Shown piece after piece: positions 16,244-25,719 of a DNA stretch of 32,000 nucleotides. Under the pieces are notes generated by a model that was not told the DNA's origin, ran no database searches, and saw nothing but the letters and a program-made list of their open reading frames with translations. Numbering within the stretch: the first letter of the stretch is position 1; each line of letters begins with the position of its first letter. This DNA is from Thermaceae bacterium (GTDB taxonomy: Bacteria > Deinococcota > Deinococci > Deinococcales > Marinithermaceae), in assembly GCA_026984675.1 (NCBI GenBank), contig JALSRQ010000146.1, positions 1-32,000 of the forward strand. The letters are read 5' to 3'. A program made the translations under genes and the position numbers.

Positions 16244-17824
16244 GTGGACCTCGAGCGCTACCCCTACCCCTCGGGCCGCCGGGTCGTCCTCGGCACCCGG
16301 GCCGCCCTGGCCGCCAGCCACCCTCTGGCGGTGGCGGCCGGGGCGCGGGTGCTCGCCCGGGGGGGCAACGCGGTCGACGCCGCCTTGGCCATGGCCGCCG
16401 CCCTCACCGTGCTGGAGCCCACCGCCAACGGCCTCGGGGGCGACCTCTTCGCCCTGGTCGAGGAGGGCGGGCGGCTTTTCGGGTTGAACGCCTCGGGCAA
16501 GAGCCCCCGCCGCTTGGTGCCGGTGGCGGGGGATCGGATCCCCCCCTTCGGCTGGGCGGCGGTCACCGTGCCCGGGGCGGTCTCCGGCTGGGCGGCGCTT
16601 TGGCGGCGGTTCGGCCGCCTGCCCTTCGCCGAGGTGCTGGCCCCGGCGATCGCCTACGCCCGCGAGGGGCACCCGGTCGCCCCCGAGGTGGCCCGGGCCT
16701 GGCGGCGGGCCGAGGCCGTCTACCTGGGGCTTCGGGGCCCGGAGTTCGCGGCCTTTAAGCGGGTCTTCTTTCCCGGGGGGCGGGCCCCGGCGGCGGGGGA
16801 GGTCTGGCGGAGCGAGGGGCACGCCGAGACCCTCGAGGCCATCGCCGAGAGCGAGGGCGAGGCCTTCTACCGCGGCGACCTGGCCGAGCGCATCGTCGCC
16901 TTCGCCCGCGCCACCGGCGGCACCCTCTCCGAGGAGGACCTGGCCGGGCACGCCCCGCTTTGGGTCGAGCCCCTCTCGGTCGGCTACCGCGGGGCCCGGG
17001 TCTACGAGCTCCCCCCCAACGGTCAGGGGGTGGTGGCCCTCCTCGCCCTCAAGGTCCTGGAGGCCTTCGACCTCCCGGCTGGCCCCACCGAGGCCGGGCT
17101 GCACCGGGCGGTCGAGGCCACCAAGGCGGCCTTCGCCCGGGCCTTCGCCCACGTCGCCGATCCCGAGGCCCACCCCGGGGTGGGGGCGGGGCTCCTCGAG
17201 GCGGACGCGGTCCTAGAGCTCCGGGCGGCGATCGGCGAGCGGGCCGGTCCCTGGCCCGAGCCCGCCCTCGTCCCCGGCGGCACCGTCTACCTCGCCGCCG
17301 CCGACCGCGAGCGGTCGGTGAGCCTGATCCAGTCGAACTACCGGGGGTTCGGCGCGGGCCTTTTGGTCCCCGGGACCGGGATCGCCCTCCACAACCGGGG
17401 GCTCGGCTTCGTCCTCGCCCCCGACCACCCCAACCGGCGGGCCCCGGGACGGCGGCCCTACCACACGATCATCCCGGGCTTTCTGGAGCTGCCGGGAGGG
17501 TGGCGCGGCCCCTTCGGCCTCATGGGCGGCTTCATGCAGCCCCAGGGCCACCTCCAGCTGGTGCTCCGGATGGTCGACGAGGGCCTGAACCCCCAGGCCG
17601 CCCTCGACGCCCCCCGCTGGCAGCTGGCGTTCGCGCCCCGGGAGCTCTGGCTGGAGCCCGGCTACGACCCCGCCCTCGCCCGGACCCTCGCCGAACGGGG
17701 CCACCGGGTCCGGATCGAGCCCGAGTACGCCGTTTTTGGCCGCGGCCAGATCGTGCTGCGAAGGGAGGGGGTCCTGCTCGCCGCCAGCGAGCCCCGGGCC
17801 GACGGGCTCGCCCTCGCCCTCTAG
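16244..17824 (+). CDS. ggt: Gamma-glutamyltransferase family protein with no signal peptide
   Basis: GTG lies 2 nt after the upstream stop, in frame with the long ORF-track entry 15431..17824. GGT motifs (GGNAVDAA, LEPTANGLGGD, GGTVYLAAAD, PYHTIIP). Confidence 0.85.
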   Translation: MDLERYPYPSGRRVVLGTRAALAASHPLAVAAGARVLARGGNAVDAALAMAAALTVLEPTANGLGGDLFALVEEGGRLFGLNASGKSPRRLVPVAGDRIPPFGWAAVTVPGAVSGWAALWRRFGRLPFAEVLAPAIAYAREGHPVAPEVARAWRRAEAVYLGLRGPEFAAFKRVFFPGGRAPAAGEVWRSEGHAETLEAIAESEGEAFYRGDLAERIVAFARATGGTLSEEDLAGHAPLWVEPLSVGYRGARVYELPPNGQGVVALLALKVLEAFDLPAGPTEAGLHRAVEATKAAFARAFAHVADPEAHPGVGAGLLEADAVLELRAAIGERAGPWPEPALVPGGTVYLAAADRERSVSLIQSNYRGFGAGLLVPGTGIALHNRGLGFVLAPDHPNRRAPGRRPYHTIIPGFLELPGGWRGPFGLMGGFMQPQGHLQLVLRMVDEGLNPQAALDAPRWQLAFAPRELWLEPGYDPALARTLAERGHRVRIEPEYAVFGRGQIVLRREGVLLAASEPRADGLALAL

Positions 17825-17828
17825 ACTC

Positions 17829-17837
17829 TGGTATAGT
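17829..17837 (+). promoter_or_regulatory. Extended -10 promoter element upstream of tRNA-Leu
   Basis: TGgTATAGT sits 15 nt upstream of the mature tRNA 5' end. No good -35. Confidence 0.4.
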
Positions 17838-17852
17838 CGGGGCTGGCCGCGG

Positions 17853-17940
17853 GCCGGGATGGCGGAATCGGTAGACGCGGCAGACTCAAAATCTGCTGGG
17901 CGGATAGCCCGTGCGGGTTCGAGTCCCGCTCCCGGCACCA
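17853..17940 (+). tRNA. tRNA-Leu (anticodon CAA), type II with long variable arm, CCA encoded
   Basis: Acceptor GCCGGGA/TCCCGGC. Anticodon stem GCAGA/TCTGC with loop CTCAAAA. T arm GCGGG-TTCGAGT-CCCGC. 3' ACCA. Confidence 0.92.
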
Positions 17941-17956
17941 GCCTAGGAGGAAGACG

Positions 17957-18187
17957 ATGAACCTACTGCAAGCCCTTCTGCTCCTCATCTACCTGGGGGT
18001 GGCCGCCGCCTTGGTCTGGGTGGTGATCCTGCAGGAGCCCAAGACCGGCGGCGGCGACATCTTCGGCGGCGGCGCCACCGACCTCTTCGCCGCCCGGGGG
18101 CTCACCGGCGGGCTCTACCGCATCACCATCTACCTCGGCCTGGGCTTTTTGTTGCTCGCTTTGTTGATCGGCACCTGGCAGCTCTAA
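17957..18187 (+). CDS. secG: Preprotein translocase subunit SecG
   Basis: 76 aa with two TM helices flanking a Gly-rich loop (QEPKTGGGDIFGGG). GGAGG SD. tRNA-Leu/secG adjacency is common. Confidence 0.88.
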   Translation: MNLLQALLLLIYLGVAAALVWVVILQEPKTGGGDIFGGGATDLFAARGLTGGLYRITIYLGLGFLLLALLIGTWQL

Positions 18188-18202
18188 GGAAAAATCGCGG
18201 TG

Positions 18203-18230
18203 GGGGCGGCCCTCTTGGGCCGCCCCTTCC
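18203..18230 (+). terminator. Intrinsic terminator after secG
   Basis: GGGGCGGCCC-TCTT-GGGCCGCCCC perfect 10-bp stem followed by TTCC. TTGACA-N17-TAGCGT follows at 18231-18259. Confidence 0.65.
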
Positions 18231-18325
18231 TTGACAGGGTGGGGGGCCCCCGGTAGCGTAGGACCAAGGCCCAAGCCGGCGGTCTTTGCCCAGGCCTTGG
18301 GTTTGGATTAAGGGAGGTGGGTCCT

Positions 18326-20083
18326 ATGAAAAAAGCGATCATCGGCACGTTGGCGCTCACCCTGGCCCTGGCCTCGGCGGCCCTGGCCCAGGCCTTTACC
18401 TGGCCGGCGAGCTGGACCACCGCCAAGCCGGGGGAGGCCAAGCGCGGGGGCACCTTCGTCGAGGCCACCATCTCCGACTTCCGCACCATGAACCCCTTCC
18501 TTTCGGCCGAGGCCGATAGCATCCCCGACCGCATGACCCTGAACGGCATCGGGCTCGTGACCCGCGACCCCACCACCGGCAAGTGGATCCCCTACATGGC
18601 CACCTCCTGGAAGGTGAGCAAGGACCAGACCGAGATCACCTTCAAGATCCGGCGGGGCATGAAGTGGTCGGACGGGAAGCCGATCACCGCCGACGACTGG
18701 ATCATGACCTACCGCATCCACATGGACCCCAAGGTGGGCTCCAACCTCCGCGACTCCTTCTTCATCGGCGACAAGGTGGTGAAGGTCGAGAAGATCGACG
18801 ACTACACCCTTCGCTTCGTCTACCCCAAGCCCGACGCCGAGGCCTTCGCGATCGCCAGCTACTCCCCCTGGCCGGCCCACGTCTTCGGTCCGGTCTACGA
18901 AAAGCAGGGGGCCGACGGTATCAAGAAGATGTGGGGCCTGAACGAGGATCCAGGGAAAATCGTGACCTGGGGGCCCTTCGTGGTTGCTTCCTACCGCCCG
19001 GGCGAGCGGGTGGTCTTTAAGCGGAACCCCTACTTCGGCGAGTGGAACAAGGACGCCGCCGGCAACCCGCTGCCCTACCTCGACGCCTACCAGGTCAACA
19101 TCGTCAAGGACACCAACGCCGAGCTCGCCGCCTTCCTCACCGGCGAGATCGACCAGATGAACCCGACCACGGTGGAGCAGATCGCCCAGATCAAGAAGGC
19201 GATCAACGCCGGCAAGCTGGACGCTACCCTCAAGGTCAACGCCTCGCCGATCGCTTCCAGCCAGTTCGTGGTCTTCAACTGGAACAAGAAGTCCGATCCC
19301 TTCAAGGAACGGCTCTTCCGCTCGGCCAAGTTCCGAAAGGCGATGAGCCACCTCATCAACCGCAAGGCGGTGGTCGAGGTGGTCTACGGGGGCTTGGGCA
19401 CCCCGATGTACGGTTCGGTCTACCCGGTGCTCACCCAGTGGATCAACAAGGATGCCCCCAAGTATCCCTACGACCCCGAGGCGGCGAAAAAGCTCCTGGC
19501 CGAGCTGGGCTTTACCAAGAAGGACGCCGAGGGGTACCTGGTCGACGAACAGGGCCGGCGGCTTGAGTTCAACCTGGCGACCAACGCCGGCAACAAGCAG
19601 CGGGAGGAGATCGCCAAGCTCTTCGTCGACGAGGCCAAGAAGGTCGGGGTGAAGATCAACTTCCGGCCGATCGACTTCAACACCCTGGTGGGGCAGCTCC
19701 TCTCCAAGGGGCCGGACCGCCCCTTCGACGCGATCATCATCGGCCTCAGAGGGGGCGGGCTCGACTGGCCGTTCGGGTCCAACGTGGTGCCCTGCCGCGG
19801 CAACCTCCACATGTGGAACCGCTCCGGTACCTGCCTCGACCCCCGCGAGACCCTGATGCAGTACTACTACTACAAGGGCCGCACCACCCTCGACTTCGAC
19901 CAGCGGGTGAAGATCGGCTACAAGCTGCAGGAGGTCGAGGGCGAGCTCCTGCCCATCGTTTACATCGCCGGGCCCAACTACCACACCGCCTGGAACAACC
20001 GCATCGGCGGCTGGCACCCGGACAAGATCATCTCCTCGATCTGGCGCTCCGGCGAGCTTCCGCTCCTTTACCGGGCGAAGTAG
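18326..20083 (+). CDS. Peptide/nickel ABC transporter substrate-binding protein (family 5, Opp/Dpp-type)
   Basis: GGGAGG lies 9 nt upstream. Signal peptide MKKAIIGTLALTLALASAALAQA. SBP_bac_5-like length and motifs. Followed by cognate permeases. Confidence 0.9.
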   Translation: MKKAIIGTLALTLALASAALAQAFTWPASWTTAKPGEAKRGGTFVEATISDFRTMNPFLSAEADSIPDRMTLNGIGLVTRDPTTGKWIPYMATSWKVSKDQTEITFKIRRGMKWSDGKPITADDWIMTYRIHMDPKVGSNLRDSFFIGDKVVKVEKIDDYTLRFVYPKPDAEAFAIASYSPWPAHVFGPVYEKQGADGIKKMWGLNEDPGKIVTWGPFVVASYRPGERVVFKRNPYFGEWNKDAAGNPLPYLDAYQVNIVKDTNAELAAFLTGEIDQMNPTTVEQIAQIKKAINAGKLDATLKVNASPIASSQFVVFNWNKKSDPFKERLFRSAKFRKAMSHLINRKAVVEVVYGGLGTPMYGSVYPVLTQWINKDAPKYPYDPEAAKKLLAELGFTKKDAEGYLVDEQGRRLEFNLATNAGNKQREEIAKLFVDEAKKVGVKINFRPIDFNTLVGQLLSKGPDRPFDAIIIGLRGGGLDWPFGSNVVPCRGNLHMWNRSGTCLDPRETLMQYYYYKGRTTLDFDQRVKIGYKLQEVEGELLPIVYIAGPNYHTAWNNRIGGWHPDKIISSIWRSGELPLLYRAK

Positions 20084-20097
20084 ACTGGTCCGGCAGG

Positions 20098-20130
20098 CCC
20101 TCCCCGGGGGCCTCCCCGGGGAGGGTTTTT
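20098..20130 (+). terminator. Strong hairpin plus T5 between the SBP and permease genes (terminator or attenuator)
   Basis: CCCTCCCCGGGG-GCCT-CCCCGGGGAGGG perfect 12-bp stem followed by TTTTT. Confidence 0.75.
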
Positions 20131-20141
20131 CGGAGGTCGCC

Positions 20142-21125
20142 TTGGGCGCTTACCTGGTCCGCCGCCTTATCCACCTGATCCCCACCTTCCTGGGCGCCAC
20201 CTTCCTGGCCTTCCTCATCCTCCAGCTCGCCCCCGGCGACTTCCTCACCCGCTGGGCGCTGGACCCCAAGATCCGCCCCGAGACGATCGCCCTGATGCGC
20301 CACAACTTCGGGCTCGACCGCCCGGTCCTGGTGCAGTACCTGATCTGGCTGAAAAACCTTCTTCACGGCGACCTCGGCCACTCGTTCATGTACCAGCAGC
20401 CGGTGCTCGAGGTCATCTGGCCGCGAATCCTGAACTCCCTGATCCTGGTCGGCCTCTCGATCGTCTTCCTCTACCTGATCGGCATCCCGGTCGGGGTCTA
20501 CCAGGCCCTCCGCCCCTACACCCCCGGCGATTACGCGATCAGCTTCCTGGCCTACTTCGGGATCGCGATCCCCAACTTCTTCTTCATGCTGATCCTGATC
20601 TACCTCCTGGTCCAGTTCAAGTTCGCCCACGGCTGGACCCCCTTCCCGATCGGGGGGATGACCAGTCAGGGCTTCGATCACCTGCCCCCCTGGCGCCAGC
20701 TCCTCGACGTGTTGTGGCACGCGGTGCTTCCCGCCTTCGTGGTGGTCACCGCCGACATGTCGAGCCTGACCCGGGTGATGCGGGGGCTGGTGATGGAGGT
20801 GCTGGGGCAGGACTACATCCGCACCGCCCGGGCCAAGGGGCTGCCCCAGCGGGTGGTGCTCTACAAGCACGCGCTCAGGAACGCGATCATCCCGGTGATC
20901 GCCACCATCGGCGGGCTCCTTCCCACCCTGATCAGCGGGGCGGGCCTGGTGGAGGTGGTCGCCAACTGGCCGGGGATGACCCCGCTTTTGCTCGACGCGA
21001 TTAACCAGCAGGACCTCTACGTCAACACCGGGATCATCGCCCTCTCGACCTTCCTCCTCATCGTCGGCAACATCCTCGGGGACCTTTTGCTCGCGGTGGT
21101 GGACCCGCGGATTCGGTACGGGTGA
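20142..21125 (+). CDS. Peptide ABC transporter permease (OppB/DppB-type)
   Basis: TTG start 6 nt after GGAGG. BPD_transp_1 features (DYIRTARAKGL, ALRNAIIPVI). Confidence 0.88.
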   Translation: MGAYLVRRLIHLIPTFLGATFLAFLILQLAPGDFLTRWALDPKIRPETIALMRHNFGLDRPVLVQYLIWLKNLLHGDLGHSFMYQQPVLEVIWPRILNSLILVGLSIVFLYLIGIPVGVYQALRPYTPGDYAISFLAYFGIAIPNFFFMLILIYLLVQFKFAHGWTPFPIGGMTSQGFDHLPPWRQLLDVLWHAVLPAFVVVTADMSSLTRVMRGLVMEVLGQDYIRTARAKGLPQRVVLYKHALRNAIIPVIATIGGLLPTLISGAGLVEVVANWPGMTPLLLDAINQQDLYVNTGIIALSTFLLIVGNILGDLLLAVVDPRIRYG

Positions 21126-21128
21126 GCG

Positions 21129-22535
21129 ATGGGCGAATACCGGACCAAGAGCCACTGGCAGCTGGTTTGGCAGCAGTTCAAGCGCCACCGTCTGGCCCTC
21201 CTCGGCGGGGGAATCCTGCTTTTGCTCTACACCCTGGCCGCCTTCGCCGGGTTCTTTAGCCCTTACGACCCGAACTTCTACACCCTCTCCCCGGTCTACC
21301 GCTACGCCCCGCCCACCCCGATCCACTTCCGCGACCCCGCCACCGGTCGGCTCACCCGCCCCTTCGTCTACGGTCTCAAGAAGACCCTCGACCTCAACAC
21401 CTTCGTCGAGAAGTACACCGAGGACAGGACGCGGCGCTACCCGATCCGCTTTTTCGTCCGGACCCCCGACCACCCCTACACGATCTTCAAGGTCTTCAGG
21501 TCCGACCTCCGGCTCTTCGGCCTGGGCGAGAAGGCCACCGCCGAGGGGGCCCGGCTCTACCTGCTCGGCTCCGACAACTTCGGCCGCGACCTCTGGAGCC
21601 GCATGGTCTACGGCGCCCAGGTCTCGCTCACCATCGGCATCCTGGCGGTGCTGGTGGCGCTGATCCTGGGCCTTCTCCTGGGCGGCCTCTCGGGGTTTTA
21701 CCAGGGGACCCGCATCCGCCTCTCGCTCCCCCTCTTTGCGCGGGCCACCTGGCGCTACCTGAAGGCCGGGGAGGCGAGGGGGCCGGGCCGGGTCCTCAGG
21801 GTCTTCGGGAGGGGGATCCTTTTGGTTTTGAGCCTGGTCTTCTGGCTCGGCCTCGCGGCCGGCCTCCTTTACGGCCTGGTGGTGCTCACGGGCTACAGCG
21901 GGGCGGGCGAGCGGGTGATCGAGGCCCTCCTGATGGTGCCGGCGGCCCTTTGGCTGCTTAGCCGGGGCCTTCTCGTTCCCTTTACCTTCGACCCCGACGA
22001 CCTGGTGATGCGGCTGGTGGAGATCCTGGCGGCGATCCCCGGGCTCTTCCTCCTGGTCACGCTGCGGAGCGTCTTCCCCAGCGACATCGACCCCCTGATG
22101 ACCTTCTACATCGTGGTGGCGATCCTCTCGCTGATCGGCTGGGGCGGGCTGGCCCGCACCGTGCGGGGGATGGTGCTCTCGCTGCGGGAGATGGACTACG
22201 TCACCGCCGCCAAGGCCCTGGGGGTTCCCGAGTTCCTGCTGATCCTCCGCCACATCCTCCCGGCCACCGCCAGCTACACCATCGTCTACGCCTCGCTGGC
22301 CATCCCCGGGTTCATCCTGGCGGAGTCCGGGCTCTCGTTCATCGGCTTCGGGATCACCGAGCCCTACACCAGCTGGGGCCTCCTTTTAAAGGCGGCCCAG
22401 GACGGCGGCTTCGCCTCCTTCGCCGACCGCCCCTGGGTGCTGGCGCCGGGCTTCGCGATCTTCCTGGCGGTCTTGACCTGGAACTTCGTCGGCGACGGGC
22501 TGCGCGACGCCTTCGACCCGCGGAGGCGGCGGTAG
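21129..22535 (+). CDS. Peptide ABC transporter permease (OppC/DppC-type) carrying an approximately 96-aa internal insertion
   Basis: GSDNFGRDLWSRMVYG, MRLVEILAAIPGLFLLV, DYVTAAKALG and FVGDGLRDAFDP motifs. 468 aa against about 300 for typical DppC. Confidence 0.88.
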   Translation: MGEYRTKSHWQLVWQQFKRHRLALLGGGILLLLYTLAAFAGFFSPYDPNFYTLSPVYRYAPPTPIHFRDPATGRLTRPFVYGLKKTLDLNTFVEKYTEDRTRRYPIRFFVRTPDHPYTIFKVFRSDLRLFGLGEKATAEGARLYLLGSDNFGRDLWSRMVYGAQVSLTIGILAVLVALILGLLLGGLSGFYQGTRIRLSLPLFARATWRYLKAGEARGPGRVLRVFGRGILLVLSLVFWLGLAAGLLYGLVVLTGYSGAGERVIEALLMVPAALWLLSRGLLVPFTFDPDDLVMRLVEILAAIPGLFLLVTLRSVFPSDIDPLMTFYIVVAILSLIGWGGLARTVRGMVLSLREMDYVTAAKALGVPEFLLILRHILPATASYTIVYASLAIPGFILAESGLSFIGFGITEPYTSWGLLLKAAQDGGFASFADRPWVLAPGFAIFLAVLTWNFVGDGLRDAFDPRRRR

Positions 22536-22596
22536 CGACCTTGGGGCCGGGCCGGGGGTGCGGTATAACGTAGGGGTGAACGTCTAGGGAGAACCG

Positions 22597-23619
22597 ATGG
22601 AAGCGAACCGCTTGCTGGAAGTTGAAAACCTTAAGGTGCACTTCTACACCGACGAGGGCGTGGTCAAGGCGGTGGACGGCGTTTCCTTCCACATCGACAA
22701 GGGGGAGACCCTGGCGGTGGTGGGGGAGTCGGGTTCGGGGAAGTCGGTCACCTCGCTGGCGATCATGCGCCTGATCCCCACCCCGCCGGGCCGGATCGTC
22801 GACGGGTCGGTCCGCTTCCGGGGCAAGGACGGGGTGGAGAAGGACCTGGTCCGGCTCCCCGAGTCCGAGATGCGGAGGATCCGCGGCAACGACATCGCGA
22901 TGATCTTCCAGGAGCCGATGACCAGCCTGAACCCGGTCTACACCGTCGGCGACCAGATCGCCGAGGCGATCGTCCTGCACCAGAAGAAGACCAAGAAGGA
23001 GGCGCTGGAGATGGCCGCCGAGATGCTCGACCTGGTGGGCATTCCCGAGGCCAGAAAGCGCCTTTCCAACTACCCCCACCAGATGTCGGGGGGGATGCGC
23101 CAGCGGGTGATGATCGCGATGGCGCTCTCCTGCAACCCCAGCCTCCTGATCGCCGACGAGCCCACCACCGCCCTCGACGTGACCATCCAGGCCCAGATCC
23201 TCGAGCTGATGAAGCAGCTCCAGGAGGAGATCGGGATGAGCGTGCTCTTCATCACCCACAACCTCGGGGTGGTGGCCGAGATCGCCGACCGGGTGGTGGT
23301 GATGTACGCCGGCCGGGCGGTGGAGGAGGCCGATGTGGTGCCGATCTTCAAGGACCCCTTGCACCCCTACACCATGGGGCTTTTGAACTCGGTGCCCCGG
23401 GTCGACGTGGCGGCGGAGAAGCAGGAGCGGCTTGAGGCCATCCCCGGCAACGTCCCCAACCCCCTCTTCCTCCCCGCCGGCTGCGCCTTCCACCCCCGCT
23501 GCCGCTGGTACGAGCAGGGGCGCTGCGACGCCCGCGTGCCCGAGCTCGAGCCCGCCGGCGACGGCCGGATGGTCCGCTGCTTCCGCTGGCGGGAGATCCG
23601 CGAGGGGGTGCGGGGATGA
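22597..23619 (+). CDS. Peptide ABC transporter ATP-binding protein (OppD/DppD-type)
   Basis: Walker A GESGSGKS, signature MSGGMRQR, Walker [14 protein letters not shown]-terminal oligopeptide-ATPase domain ([12 protein letters not shown]). Confidence 0.92.
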   Translation: MEANRLLEVENLKVHFYTDEGVVKAVDGVSFHIDKGETLAVVGESGSGKSVTSLAIMRLIPTPPGRIVDGSVRFRGKDGVEKDLVRLPESEMRRIRGNDIAMIFQEPMTSLNPVYTVGDQIAEAIVLHQKKTKKEALEMAAEMLDLVGIPEARKRLSNYPHQMSGGMRQRVMIAMALSCNPSLLIADEPTTALDVTIQAQILELMKQLQEEIGMSVLFITHNLGVVAEIADRVVVMYAGRAVEEADVVPIFKDPLHPYTMGLLNSVPRVDVAAEKQERLEAIPGNVPNPLFLPAGCAFHPRCRWYEQGRCDARVPELEPAGDGRMVRCFRWREIREGVRG

Positions 23620-24602
23620 GCCGGGCCAACGGCACCCTGCTCCGGGTCGAGAACTTGAGGACCTGGTTCCCCATCAAGGGGGGCATCCTCTCCCGCACCG
23701 TCGGCCACGTCAAGGCGGTCAACGACGTCAGCTTCGAGGTCAGGAAGGGCGAGGTGCTGGGGCTGGTGGGGGAGTCGGGCTCCGGGAAGACCACCGTGGG
23801 CCGGACGATCCTCCGGCTCATCGAGCCCACCGGCGGTCGGATCCTCTACGGCGAGGCCGACCTCGCCCGCCTCCCCAAGGGGGCTCTCCGGCCCTATCGG
23901 CGGAGGATGCAGATCATCTTCCAGGACCCCTTCGCTTCCCTGAACCCCCGGATGACGGTCGGCGACATCATCGGCGAGCCGCTGGTCATCCACAAGCTGG
24001 CCAAGACCCCAAGGGAGCGGGTCGAGCGGGTGGCCGAGCTGCTCAAGCTGGTGGGGCTCTCCCCCGACCACATGCGCCGCTACCCCCACGAGTTCTCCGG
24101 CGGGCAGCGGCAGCGGATCGGGATCGCCCGGGCGCTGGCGGTGAACCCGGAGTTCATCGTGGCCGACGAGCCGGTCAGCGCCCTCGACGTCTCGATCCAG
24201 GCCCAGGTGGTGAACCTGCTCCAGGACCTTAAGGAGGATCTCGGCCTCACCCTGCTCTTCATCGCCCACGACCTGGCGGTGGTCGAGTACATCTCCGACC
24301 GGGTGGCGGTGATGTACCTCGGCAAGCTGATGGAGCTGGCCCCGGCCAAGGAGCTCTACCGGAACCCCAAGCACCCCTACACCGAGGCCCTGCTCTCGGC
24401 GGTGCCGATCCCCGACCCCACCGTCAAGCGGGAGCGGATCGTCCTCGAGGGCGACATCCCCAGCCCCATCAACCCGCCCTCGGGCTGCGTCTTCCGCACC
24501 CGCTGCCGCTACGCCATCCCCGAGTGCGCCGAGACCGTCCCCGAGCTGCGGGAGGTCGCCCCCGGCCACTACAAGGCCTGCATCCGGGACGACATCCTCT
24601 AG
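23616..24602 (+). CDS. Peptide ABC transporter ATP-binding protein (OppF/DppF-type)
   Basis: [28 protein letters not shown] and [12 protein letters not shown] motifs. Start overlaps the upstream stop (ATGA). Confidence 0.92.
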   Translation: MSRANGTLLRVENLRTWFPIKGGILSRTVGHVKAVNDVSFEVRKGEVLGLVGESGSGKTTVGRTILRLIEPTGGRILYGEADLARLPKGALRPYRRRMQIIFQDPFASLNPRMTVGDIIGEPLVIHKLAKTPRERVERVAELLKLVGLSPDHMRRYPHEFSGGQRQRIGIARALAVNPEFIVADEPVSALDVSIQAQVVNLLQDLKEDLGLTLLFIAHDLAVVEYISDRVAVMYLGKLMELAPAKELYRNPKHPYTEALLSAVPIPDPTVKRERIVLEGDIPSPINPPSGCVFRTRCRYAIPECAETVPELREVAPGHYKACIRDDIL

Positions 24603-24656
24603 CCTGCGGTGCGCCCGGGCGGCCCCTGGTGCGGGCCGCCCTTTAGAATGGGGCCC

Positions 24657-25706
24657 ATGCTACGGAACCCCGCGGTTTGGTTGCTGGCGGTGCTCGCCCT
24701 CGGATCTGCCCTGGCCGATGGGGCGGGCACCCGGGTGGTGCTCTACCGGGGCTTTGCCGAGGTGGTTCGGCCGGTGGCGGTGAAGGACGGGGTCTGGGTC
24801 TGGAACCCCGGCGAGGCCGCCCCCGTGCCGGGGACCCTCCGCCTCTTCGGGCTGGTGGAGCGTAAGCGGGTCTGGCAGGGGGACGCGGTGGTCTTCTTCA
24901 CCGAGGGCTCGGGGCCGGCCCGGCTCGGCTACCTCACCCGGGCGCTCTCCGGCCGCCTCGACTACGCCCTCGACCTCGACGCCGGTACCCTCACCGCCTG
25001 GGTGACGGTGGAGAACCGGGGCCCCACCCTCCGGGCCGACGAGCTTTGGTACGTGGCCGGGGCGGTGCCGCTGGTCGGCGAGGGCGGGGGCGGGCCCAAG
25101 CTCGCCACCAAGCGGCTGGCCCTGGCCGCCGCCCCGGCCGAGGCCGCTTACCAGGGGGCGGCCGGTGGGGTCTTCCGCTACCGCTTCGCCGGCGGCGCCG
25201 AGCTGGTGCGGGGCCGCACCGAGCTGCCCTTCCAGCGGGGGGCGGTGCGGCCCCTCTTCCTCTGGCGCTACCGGGGGGGCTTCGTCAAGGGCGACCGGCT
25301 GGTCTTCCAGAGGGGCTACCGCTTCGACGCCCCCTGGCCGCTCGCCGCCGGGCGGGTCTCCCTGTGGAAGGCGGGGGCCTTCCTCGGCCAGGCGACCCTC
25401 CCCGACCGGCCCCAGGGCGAGCCGGTCGAGTTCTGGCTGGGGCCCGATCCCCTGGGCCGCGCCGAGCGAAAGGTCGAGGTCCTCGAGGAGACCCGCGAGC
25501 GGGCCCGCTACCGGGTCACCACCCGGTTGGAAAACCGCCACGCCGAGCCGGTCCGCGTCGAGATCGAGGAGCGCTTCCCCACCCGTGGCTACCAGCTCAA
25601 GATCGCCGGGGCCGAGCGGGTGCCCGGCGGCTACCGGCTGGGCCTCGACCTGGCCCCCGGCGGCCGCTGGACCTACGTCTACGAGGTCACCCTCCTGTAT
25701 CGTTGA
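24657..25706 (+). CDS. Secreted hypothetical protein, DUF4139-like
   Basis: TAGAAT (24644-24649) lies 7 nt upstream of the ATG at 24657. Signal peptide MLRNPAVWLLAVLALGSALA. Family call is from general resemblance only. Confidence 0.55.
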   Translation: MLRNPAVWLLAVLALGSALADGAGTRVVLYRGFAEVVRPVAVKDGVWVWNPGEAAPVPGTLRLFGLVERKRVWQGDAVVFFTEGSGPARLGYLTRALSGRLDYALDLDAGTLTAWVTVENRGPTLRADELWYVAGAVPLVGEGGGGPKLATKRLALAAAPAEAAYQGAAGGVFRYRFAGGAELVRGRTELPFQRGAVRPLFLWRYRGGFVKGDRLVFQRGYRFDAPWPLAAGRVSLWKAGAFLGQATLPDRPQGEPVEFWLGPDPLGRAERKVEVLEETRERARYRVTTRLENRHAEPVRVEIEERFPTRGYQLKIAGAERVPGGYRLGLDLAPGGRWTYVYEVTLLYR

Positions 25707-25719
25707 GCCTGGACCTGCG

